Positions 1 through 8,800 of a stretch of DNA of 34,588 nt are shown piece by piece. The DNA is from a virus. Its lineage: Duplodnaviria > Caudoviricetes. A model generated the notes under the pieces. That model was given only the letters and a program-made list of their open reading frames with translations. It did not search any database and was not told the origin of the DNA. The first letter of the stretch is position 1, and every line of letters starts with the position of its first letter. The DNA is taken from the IMG/VR virus record IMGVR_UViG_3300006735_000100, positions 1 through 34,588 of that record. One strand, 5' to 3'. The position numbers and the translations under genes were made by a program.

Positions 1-1362
1 AAACACGGTGGAGGTGTTGGTATTGGTATTAACCAAATCAGACCTGCAGGTGCTACTATAACAGGTAATGGTACGTCAGATGGTGTTGTACCTTTTTGTA
101 AGATATATGACTCAACTATATTAGCAACAAATCAAGGATCAGTAAGACGTGGAGCTGCTAGCGTTAACTTAAACATAGAACATGCAGACTTTGAGGATTG
201 GTTAGAGATTAGAGAACCTAAAGGTGATGTAAACAGACAATCACTTAACATGCATCAATGCGCCATTATAGGTGATAAGTTTATGCGTAAGTTGAGTGCA
301 GGAGATAAAGTTGCAAGAAGAAAATGGGGAGCGCTTTTACAGAAACGTAAAGCAACAGGTGAACCTTATATTATGTTTAAGGGTAATGTCAATAAAGCAA
401 ACCCTCCAGCATATAAAGATAATGCTCTGAAGGTATTTATGACAAACATATGCTCTGAGATAGCATTACACACAGATGAGAACCATAGCTTTGTATGTTG
501 TTTGTCTAGCTTAAACCTAGCTAAGTATGATGAGTGGAAGGATACAAACTTGATATATGATAGCACTTTCTTTTTAGATGGTGTTATGGAAGAGTTTATA
601 CAAAGAGCTAAAGGTTTAAAAGGATTTGAAAACTCAGTTAGATCAGCTGTAAAAGGTAGAGCAGTAGGTTTAGGAGTTTTAGGTTGGCATACATATTTAC
701 AAGAAAAGCATCTACCGTTTGAGGGATTATTAGCACAACATGAAACACGAAGGATATTTAGCCAAATTAAAATCGAAAGTGAACGAGCTAGTATGGCTCT
801 TGCTAATCAGTACGGGGAACCGCTCTGGTGTGTTGGTACGGGATTTAGGAATACTCATCTTAGAGCTATTGCTCCTACTGTTAGTAACAGCAAGCTTAGT
901 GGTAATATTAGTGCCGGTATTGAACCTTGGGCTGCTAATGTATTTACTGAACAAAGTGCAAAAGGTACTTTCATACGTAAAAACCCTACTCTGGAAAAAG
1001 TCTTAGATAAATTAAATATGAATACTAGTGAAGTTTGGGAGAAGATATTAGCTGACGGTGGATCCGTTCAGGATGTCGAAGGACTCGACGATGATACTAA
1101 GGAAGTATTTAAAACATTTAAAGAGATTAATCAACTAGAGATAGTTAATCAAGCAGGTATACGACAACAGTATATAGACCAAAGTATTAGTTTAAATCTA
1201 GCTTTTCCATCTCAAGTAGATCCTAAGTTTATCAATAAGGTTCATCTTGAAGCTTGGAAAAAAGGTATTAAGACTTTGTATTATATGAGAACAGAATCAG
1301 TTCTTCGTGGTGATATAGCTGAAAGAGCTATGGATGAAGAGTGTTTGAGTTGTGATGGCTAG
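1..1362 (+). CDS. nrdA: Ribonucleotide reductase class I alpha subunit (5'-truncated by window)
   Basis: Frame 1 is open from base 1 (KHGGGVGIG...IRPAG...NQGSVRRGAAS). Catalytic TNICSEI (NxCxE), CCLSSLNL, AIAPTVSNS, IDQSISLNL, KTLYY radical-transfer tyrosines and C-terminal CLSC shuttle cysteines are present. Confidence 0.97.
   Translation, partial: KHGGGVGIGINQIRPAGATITGNGTSDGVVPFCKIYDSTILATNQGSVRRGAASVNLNIEHADFEDWLEIREPKGDVNRQSLNMHQCAIIGDKFMRKLSAGDKVARRKWGALLQKRKATGEPYIMFKGNVNKANPPAYKDNALKVFMTNICSEIALHTDENHSFVCCLSSLNLAKYDEWKDTNLIYDSTFFLDGVMEEFIQRAKGLKGFENSVRSAVKGRAVGLGVLGWHTYLQEKHLPFEGLLAQHETRRIFSQIKIESERASMALANQYGEPLWCVGTGFRNTHLRAIAPTVSNSKLSGNISAGIEPWAANVFTEQSAKGTFIRKNPTLEKVLDKLNMNTSEVWEKILADGGSVQDVEGLDDDTKEVFKTFKEINQLEIVNQAGIRQQYIDQSISLNLAFPSQVDPKFINKVHLEAWKKGIKTLYYMRTESVLRGDIAERAMDEECLSCDG
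740..1006 (+). CDS. Candidate overprinted membrane protein in +1 frame of nrdA (88 aa)
   Basis: Basic N-terminus followed by long hydrophobic segments. All 11 nrdA L/I/V codons followed by a purine avoid the A-ending form that would create a +1 stop. Hydrophobicity could be a by-product of T-ending codons. Confidence 0.35.
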   Translation: MKHEGYLAKLKSKVNELVWLLLISTGNRSGVLVRDLGILILELLLLLLVTASLVVILVPVLNLGLLMYLLNKVQKVLSYVKTLLWKKS

Positions 1363-1380
1363 TATGCTATACACAACGCT

Positions 1381-1408
1381 AAAGCCGGTCATAACGATCG
1401 GCTTTTTT
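1381..1408 (+). terminator. Intrinsic terminator at the convergence of nrdA and the late module (possibly bidirectional)
   Basis: AAAGCCGGTC-ATAAC-GATCGGCTTT stem (one G-U pair) running into a T6 tract, 18 nt after the nrdA stop and abutting the stop of the last minus-strand gene. Confidence 0.85.
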
Positions 1409-1541
1409 ATTGCTTCTTCATTGACTTGATCTTACCCTTTTTATTAGGTACACAGTTTGGTACATTACGACCACCTTTTTTCTTCATACCGACCATTTGG
1501 TAACCTGTCCAACAAGGTCCTTTTTTTCCTTTCTTTTTCAT
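1407..1541 (-). CDS. Small basic phage protein, 44 aa (MKKKGKKGPCWTGYQMVGMKKKGGRNVPNCVPNKKGKIKSMKKQ); not in ORF track
   Basis: Manual translation. ATG overlaps the previous gene's TGA (ATGA at 1538-1541). PCWxGY..VGMKKKG..VPNCVP resembles a recurring small marine-phage peptide. Confidence 0.8.
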   Translation of the reverse strand: MKKKGKKGPCWTGYQMVGMKKKGGRNVPNCVPNKKGKIKSMKKQ

Positions 1542-1663
1542 TTTTTCTTTGGTTTAGTATGTTTATAACCTTTTTTCTTTAATGATAAATGTTTTGCGTA
1601 TGTATTAGCCATAACCCCATTACCAGATTTACCGTACATCATGTGTGGTTTAAACTTTTTCAT
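1538..1663 (-). CDS. Small basic phage protein, 41 aa (MKKFKPHMMYGKSGNGVMANTYAKHLSLKKKGYKHTKPKKK); not in ORF track
   Basis: Manual translation. ATGA start/stop overlaps at both ends (1660-1663 and 1538-1541), so it tiles the gap exactly. Confidence 0.8.
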   Translation of the reverse strand: MKKFKPHMMYGKSGNGVMANTYAKHLSLKKKGYKHTKPKKK

Positions 1664-1821
1664 TTTTTATTTTTATATGGGAATAGAACATTCATTGCAT
1701 CTCTACGACCTTCACAACCACAAGGGATATTTAATCCTTCAGATACTTTATTAACAACTTTTTTTATACCAGTTGCTTTTGTAAATTTTTCTACACTATC
1801 TCCTAGTCCTCTTGATTTCAT
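1660..1821 (-). CDS. Small conserved phage protein, 53 aa (MKSRGLGDSVEKFTKATGIKK...PCGCEGRR)
   Basis: Start re-assigned to ATG 1821, 4 nt downstream of the upstream gene's stop. GLGD..EK.TKATGIKK...CGC..R motif is familiar from Flavobacteria-type phages. Confidence 0.8.
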   Translation of the reverse strand: MKSRGLGDSVEKFTKATGIKKVVNKVSEGLNIPCGCEGRRDAMNVLFPYKNKK

Positions 1822-1825
1822 ATAA

Positions 1826-2074
1826 TTAACATTTCCATCTTCTACGTGCTGCTTTACCTCTTTCACCTGTCCAACCTTTTGATCTAGCACAAAATGATTT
1901 TCTTCTTCCAGCAGCTTTACTACCTGCTTTTACTTTTCCAGTAACCGCTGTTTTTAATTTACTACCAGGATTTTTTCTTTTATATGCAGCAACACCTTTT
2001 GATGTCATGCCAGCACCTTCTTCAACACTCCTGAAGTTTCTACCTTTACCCTTTGTTGTTTTTCTAATAGCCAT
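1826..2074 (-). CDS. Small highly basic phage protein (DUF6321-like), 82 aa
   Basis: G.T.KG.AAY.R.NPGS.LK..VT...RRKSFCAR...RRWKC motif. TAATG overlap with the upstream endolysin stop. Family name is from recall, not searched. Confidence 0.8.
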   Translation of the reverse strand: MAIRKTTKGKGRNFRSVEEGAGMTSKGVAAYKRKNPGSKLKTAVTGKVKAGSKAAGRRKSFCARSKGWTGERGKAARRRWKC

Positions 2075-2541
2075 TACTTACAAGTACAGTTACACTCAGT
2101 ACAACAATCTGTTACACTAATATTTATAATATCAGCATCACACATTTTTTGATACAATCTCTTAAATGCTGGTCCTGAGCTAGTTAGGTTATTTTCTTCA
2201 TTAAATCTGTTTGATTTAATAGCATCGCCCACCAAAAGACAACCATCAGTATGGTCATCATCATTTCCTACATGAATATAAACATATTGAAAATCAGGTA
2301 CATCTTGAAGCATAAAGTGAAAATCAAACCAAGGGTATTTACTACGATACTTCTCGGTTAATCCACTAAGCACTTCACGTTTTTCTACCTTATATGTACC
2401 AGCAGGTATACGAGTCTCACCTTTAATTTTTTCAGCTCTATATTCATCCTCTAATGTAAAGCATTCAAACTCTCCATCAACAAACATTAAACCAAGTGTT
2501 GAGTCTTTACCTGCGCTAAATCTTTTTAGTTCTAGTTTCAT
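2074..2541 (-). CDS. DUF5675-family putative endolysin (L,D-transpeptidase-like peptidoglycan hydrolase)
   Basis: TLG.MFVDG...CFTLED...KIKGETRIPAGTY...IHVGN...HTDGCLLVG with His/Cys catalytic pattern; adjacent to a membrane protein at the end of the late module. Confidence 0.85.
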   Translation of the reverse strand: MKLELKRFSAGKDSTLGLMFVDGEFECFTLEDEYRAEKIKGETRIPAGTYKVEKREVLSGLTEKYRSKYPWFDFHFMLQDVPDFQYVYIHVGNDDDHTDGCLLVGDAIKSNRFNEENNLTSSGPAFKRLYQKMCDADIINISVTDCCTECNCTCK

Positions 2542-2858
2542 TATCTGTCTTTTTTCTTGTATAGATCTTTCTGTAAATCTTCAATGTGTTTTCTGAGATC
2601 CTTAACATCCTCCTCTAAATCACTAACATGATCCAACATCCAAGCATGATTTAAATCATATTCTTTTCTGTCTATAGCGGCTGGCGGAAGTGCTTTTGCA
2701 TCTTCAATATCCATCTGTAGCTTTACGTACATACTACCTAGTGTAAACACCGCTGCAATGATTAAACCTATTGACTTTAATGTTAAGTGAAAGTCAGGTT
2801 TACCATCTCCGTCTACATCAACTCCCATGTTAGTACCACTTCCTAATTCTTGTGCCAT
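2541..2858 (-). CDS. Single-TM membrane protein with C-terminal coiled coil; holin/lysis accessory candidate
   Basis: Hydrophobic SIGLIIAAVFTLGSMYV followed by a heptad-rich tail; TAATG-coupled to the endolysin. Confidence 0.6.
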   Translation of the reverse strand: MAQELGSGTNMGVDVDGDGKPDFHLTLKSIGLIIAAVFTLGSMYVKLQMDIEDAKALPPAAIDRKEYDLNHAWMLDHVSDLEEDVKDLRKHIEDLQKDLYKKKDR

Positions 2859-2898
2859 ATTTTTACTTTTTGTATATTCTTATTATTACTTGTTTATA

Positions 2899-5800
2899 TT
2901 AATTATTAGCCTTTAATATTTTTTTTCTATATGCCTCTCGTTTTTTCTCTATATATTCTGCTGAATTTTTATATTCTATCTCCTCAATAGCTGATCTTTT
3001 CTTTGTTTTAGAGTTTTTCTTTCTAGTTTCAGCTGCTTTTTTATAACCTTCTTTTCTTCTTTGATCTTGAGCTCTTTCTTTTATAATAAGACCATCGGCA
3101 TTTTTTAAGTCAAGATCCCATGTACTAAAACCAAACATCAAGGCTGTTTTTTGCCAACCTTTAGTTGTATTATCTAAAGCATAACTAGCATTACTCACTT
3201 TCTTTATTACTCTATCTAAAGGTATGTTTACAACAGAAAGACCATAACCAGCCATCATATAAGCAGGATTGTCAATAATGTTTTTTGTTCCCTTAAAACC
3301 AAAACTTTGTTTTTTACCAAAACTCTTTGGATTTAAAGTACCAGGATAAAATCCTCTTTCTTTTATAAGATCCTTTTGAAACTCATATGTTTTTTGTATT
3401 TTATATCCCTTTGAAAACTTAGAACCTACAGCTGGCGCAACATTTAGCATTGATAAAAGAACATATACATAATCTTTGCCCCAACTCTTACTTTCTTGTT
3501 TATGTATTTCAAAAGCAGTGTTTTTCAACATTGCAACTATAGCTCCATGATAACCAGCACCTTTTAATATAGTGTCTGCCATACCATTAGCAGTTCTTAG
3601 AATTTTTTGCTGATCTTTCTCATCATCATCACTACTACCAAGTGCTACTGCAAATAGTGCGCTAGATAATGCATTAAAAGTAAAGTTTTGAACAAATGAA
3701 TAATAGAGTATTTTTGATACATTTTCTTTAGTATTACCTCTATTGTTTGATATATCTAACGCAGCCTTCTTTATAAGTCTATTGTATTGCATAGATGTAT
3801 TTTGAAATGATAATACCCATCTACTAAATTTATTAGCTTGTTGCTCAGATACCATAGCTGGATCTGATGACTGCTGACTTTGATCAGTAATTTCTGAAAA
3901 GTCTTCAAAAGCTTTTGCTTCAGCTTCTTTTAGACTAAGTCCTTGCTCTTGATAAGTTTTGGTTCTGTTTCTATAAAAACTAGCGCCACCAGTTGCTATA
4001 GCTAAACTATCAACAGCTTGAGTTGGTGTAAAACCAAGTTTAAGTAAATATCTTAATGCTGCTTTAAATTTATTTTTTTGGCCTTCTATTGATTTAACTA
4101 GCTCAGCTTGATTAACATCCATTTTAAAACCTTTTCTTCTTTGTTTTAATTTGTCAGAGTTAAACAATGTAACAACATCAGCATAATACTGTGGTATATT
4201 AGCAAATGCTTTGCCAGCCGCATATATATTGTTATCACTCCAATTAACATAGTTAGCAGCTGATAGAGTTTGAAGTGCTGCTGATCTCATATTAAAAAAC
4301 ATTATAGATCCAACAGAACCATTTAGAAAATCAGCAAAAGCGTTAGCTCTAGCATCTTCAGATCCAAAGTTTCTATTAGTACCTTTTTCCATCCTAAAAA
4401 GAATATCTTCTAAAGAATGTCTAAACCTGCTACCATATATAGCTTCTATCTTATTTAAGTTTTGCTTGTTAAATATTTCTTTATAGTTGTCTGTAAATTC
4501 TTGTAAAAATTCTTTTCTACTTATTTTATCTGATATGTTATTTAAATCACTAGCTATATTATCAATAATCCAATCTCTACTAGGATCAATCCAACCTTTT
4601 TCTTGACCAGATATAAGTCCAACACCTCTTGCAAATTGTTGTAAGTCACGATCTTTAGCTACAGCAAAAAAAGCATCATTTATTAATTTTCTACCTTCTG
4701 CTGTTTCTGGTTCTAAACCAGTTTCTGTCATATCAAAACCACCGCTTTTCCAAAGAAATATTCTTATAGCTTGATCATATGTAAAATCAGTACCAGGTAT
4801 TTTTTTACTTAACTTTTTATATACTTTAGGATATTTTTTTCTAAGCTCTCTATAATCTGTTTCTATTTTTTGCTTAGCAGATTCTAACTGTGCTATACCT
4901 TTTTTGTACGGTTTATTTAATGTTTCTTCAAAAAACTGTTTATGTAAATCACCTTGAGTACCTTTACCCATAAAAGAATACATAAGACCCATGAAATCCT
5001 CTGCTGATGGAGGTACAAAAAACTTGTATTTACCTATACTTGCGCCTTGCTGTCTAGCTATAACTTCTGGTATAACTTTATCAGCCGCTGCTAACGCGGT
5101 TTTACCACCTTTTGTTTCCTCTATTATACTATTAAATCTACCACTTAAATCAGCATCACTCTTAGAAAGTTCGTCTTGCTTTGTTTCTTGTTTTTTTACT
5201 TCTACTATTTTAAGAGGAGGTAATCCTGCTTTTTCTATTTCTTCAACAACCCTTTTATCATTGTATCTAGCAGCTAAATATTCACCATCAACCATCTTAG
5301 CTTTTATAGCTTTGTTATTAGCGTCTTTAGGCAAATGTGATTTAAAATATTTACTTATTATTTTATCATATGTTTTAGGTATAATAGCAACTCTAAAATC
5401 TTCCATTATTTGATCAAACGTAGTATTGTTACCGTCTTTATTTAATATATAAAGACCAAGTATTTCTTGTATAACTTGCCTAGCAGGTTTAACATGCTCA
5501 TAAACATAATCCTTAGGGTTATTTGAATTTAAGTTTTCAATTTGTAAATTTGGTATTGCAGCTGTTCTAACTAAAGCATCTACGTTAGAATTAAATGTCA
5601 TTAGTATCATACCAAGATCATTTTTGCTTATTTTATTTTTTTCATATAAATCTTTTAAAGTATCAACTATTTTTCTAAATCCTTCTCTTTGATCTTCTGC
5701 TTGACGAATTCTATCTTGTTGTTGTTCACCGAACTCAACTTCATATCGTTGCCTAAAAACAGTAGGTAATGTTATTTCAACACGGTTTATAGTTGCCGAT

Positions 5801-8800
5801 TGCGAACCTGATTCATAAGATGCATCAGGTATAAAATTTTTGAAAAAATCAAGTCTACCTCCTATTAAAAAATACCTTAAAGAACCTTTTGCTATATCAA
5901 ATCCACCTGTTTCTAAATTTAATTTAAACCCACCTGATCTAAGTCCATAAGCTCCTTTAACTGTAGGTCCTACATATTTTAAAGCTGAATCAAGACCTAT
6001 TTCGTTAATTAAAAGTTGAAATCCTTCTCTAGCAGATTTTATTTGTTTTTCATTTCTAAAATCTAAACTTCTTTTTTCTAAACCTAATATACCTTGAAAA
6101 GTTCTCTTAAAAGTTCTACCTAAAGTTTCTTCGTATATATACTTTCCTAAAGTAAGTTTACTATTGCTTTTCTCCCAAGCTTTAGCAGATTTTTCCATCT
6201 GCTCTAATATAAGATCTTCATATTCAAAGTTATAGGTTGCAAACGCTTCTTTGTATGCTTTTTTTATATCTTTTGGATTATTTAATGTTATAAAACTATC
6301 AGAACCTTCTTTAAAACCATCGTATTTTTTTCCATACATTTGATCAGCAATAGCTTGACTCAACATTAATTCACTTTTGCCAGCGCCAATATCAGCTATT
6401 TGCTGACTACTTCCTTCATCAGGTTTCAATTGTTCTCTAACTGTAGTGTTAGTAACTAACTTACCAAACATTATAGCTAAACCCTTGGCTGTTTGAGCTT
6501 GTGGTGATTGTACAAATACTTTGTCAGGTATAGTTCCATCAGGAAGTATACCAAGCTCTTGTCTAAACTGTTCTTTAGTAACTGGAGCTAAGTCATATAT
6601 AGGTAAACCTGATGCTGTATCTATTCTATCACCTTTTTTATAAAAAGCAGTTAATACATTAGTAGGCAAGCCAGTAGATGTACCATATAACTTTTGAGTT
6701 ACTGCTTTATCTACTACGGCACCTTTAGGAAATATCTTTACAAAATCATCAAACATTTCATCAAGATTTCTCATTGTATTCTTGAGTTCACCTTGAGTAA
6801 AATTGTTTTTAGGAATTAATTTTTTTGCTGGTATCTGAAATCTTTCAGCTGTTGTTTCTGGAGATAAATCAGGTAATGATTTAAAGCTTGTTTTTTCAGA
6901 ACCAAAATCAGGCATATTATTACTTATTGTTTCCGTGGCTTTGCTAGATAAATCATCATCCATTAAAGTTCTTGGATCAATTAAACTTCCAATTCTCTGC
7001 GCTTCAGCTTCGGCATCTTCTTTTGTTTTTGTAGTTTCTTCTTGAGTAGTTTGAAAATCAATATTTGATTCAACTAAAAATTGAGAATCTATATCTGAAT
7101 AACTTGGTTCAAATTTATCTTTAAATAGTGGCTTAAATAAATCAAATGATCTGCGTGGAAGTAGGGTTTCAACATAAGCAGCCATTGGTGACTTACCATT
7201 GTATGTTCTAAATAAATCAAAAAGACCACCTTCGCTAAATTTTAATTGAGAAATCATTTCCTCTCGTTTATCTGCTGGTACTATTTCTTGTTTAAATCTA
7301 TTTTTATAATAAAGATTAACAGTTTTATTTATTATACCATCAAATAATCCTTTATCAATAGCTGTCCATACACCATCAACGCCTTCTTGATCATATATGT
7401 CTTGTATATCATTTGATCTTTTTATCATCTCAGGTGTAACTTTAGACTCACTAACACCTTCTTTTACTTTACCTTTTGATTTAGTAAATATTTCTTTATT
7501 TCCTCTAATAGCATCTAAGTCTTCTTTACTTAAACTACCATCTCCAAGTTTTTTAGCAATACCACCAATAAATTGTATTACATCTGTTTCACCTTGAAAA
7601 TCTATCTTGGCCTTATTACCTCTTTTACCAATCATCATTTTATTTACCAATGATGAAAATAACCCAGTAAAACCTCTTGACTTTTTAGATTTAAGATCTA
7701 TAGTTCCATCAGCTACTCTTTCAATAAAATTAGCAACAATTTCACTTGATTTTTTATCAGCTGTCTGATTACCAAATAAACCACTAAACATTTTGTCGTA
7801 AGCTGCTCTATTTGTCTCTCCAGTCCATCTAATTATAACGTCAGCCAACTCTTTCATTTGTTCAGAGTTGTTATCTATTTTTAATAATTCAGTAAAAATA
7901 CCATGACCTATTTCGTGTACACCAGTTCTGGTTCTACGATTATTTACCATTTGATCTCTTATAAGAACTACTTCATTTTTTTGATTAGGATCAGCTGTTT
8001 GTAAATTATAACCGTTAGAATTTTTTATAACGTTTAGTTTGATTTTTAATGGTTGTCTTTTTTCTTTTTCAGCTTTTTTATTCTCTGCTTCTTGAGATTC
8101 ATCTCTTCTTTTATCTTCATAAGCCTGAGCTTCTTCAGCTGTTTGAAATTCAATTACTTTAGCGTTTAAGTAATCAACAGAACCTAAACCAGTTTCTATT
8201 ATTAATGCTTTTGTATTAGCTATATCGGCTGTAACTTGTCTTTCTATATATACATCAAAAGACTTCTTTTTTAAATCTTTATCACTAACTTGATCTTCTG
8301 GTGAAAGACCCTTTTCTTCTCTAATTAATATCTCAGCTTCTTTTCTTATTTCGTCATATTGCTTAGGGTCTGATTGTTGTAGATAATGATATTTATTACC
8401 AAAGTCTTTTGGGTTTTTAAACAAATCAACAGCTTGTTGATAACGATCAAATCTTTCTTTTAATGGTTTTAATTTTTCATTTTTAGATTTTTGACTTTCA
8501 TCACTGTTTATTATTTTTTCAGCTTCAATTCTTAATTTTTCCTGTGTATCTATAGCGTTAACATGAAGTTTATAGCTTTCTTCTGATAGCTTATCTCTCA
8601 TGTTACCATCTAACTCATATAAAATATCGTCGTTTTGTTCTTTTAATTCTTTTATTTTTAAGTCTAATACTTTTTTGTCTTCCTTAAAATCAGTTCGTTC
8701 TTTTACTTTTTCACCTTTTAAAGCTGATACTTTTTCAAAGAAAGGTACTTCAGGATGCTTACTTTTAAATTCAGCATTTAACTTACCCATCTCTAATATG

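Noticed and set aside
366-954. Minus-strand ORFs 366-566 and 730-954
   Set aside because: Antisense to nrdA, beyond the terminator, with no recognisable features.
1073-1138. 21-aa +1 ORF in nrdA over a small GC3-rich patch
   Set aside because: Too short to distinguish from chance.
1822-1890. Upstream extension of the 76-aa ORF (track start 1890)
   Set aside because: It overlaps the 82-aa gene; ATG 1821 fits the operon packing and the conserved-looking N-terminus.
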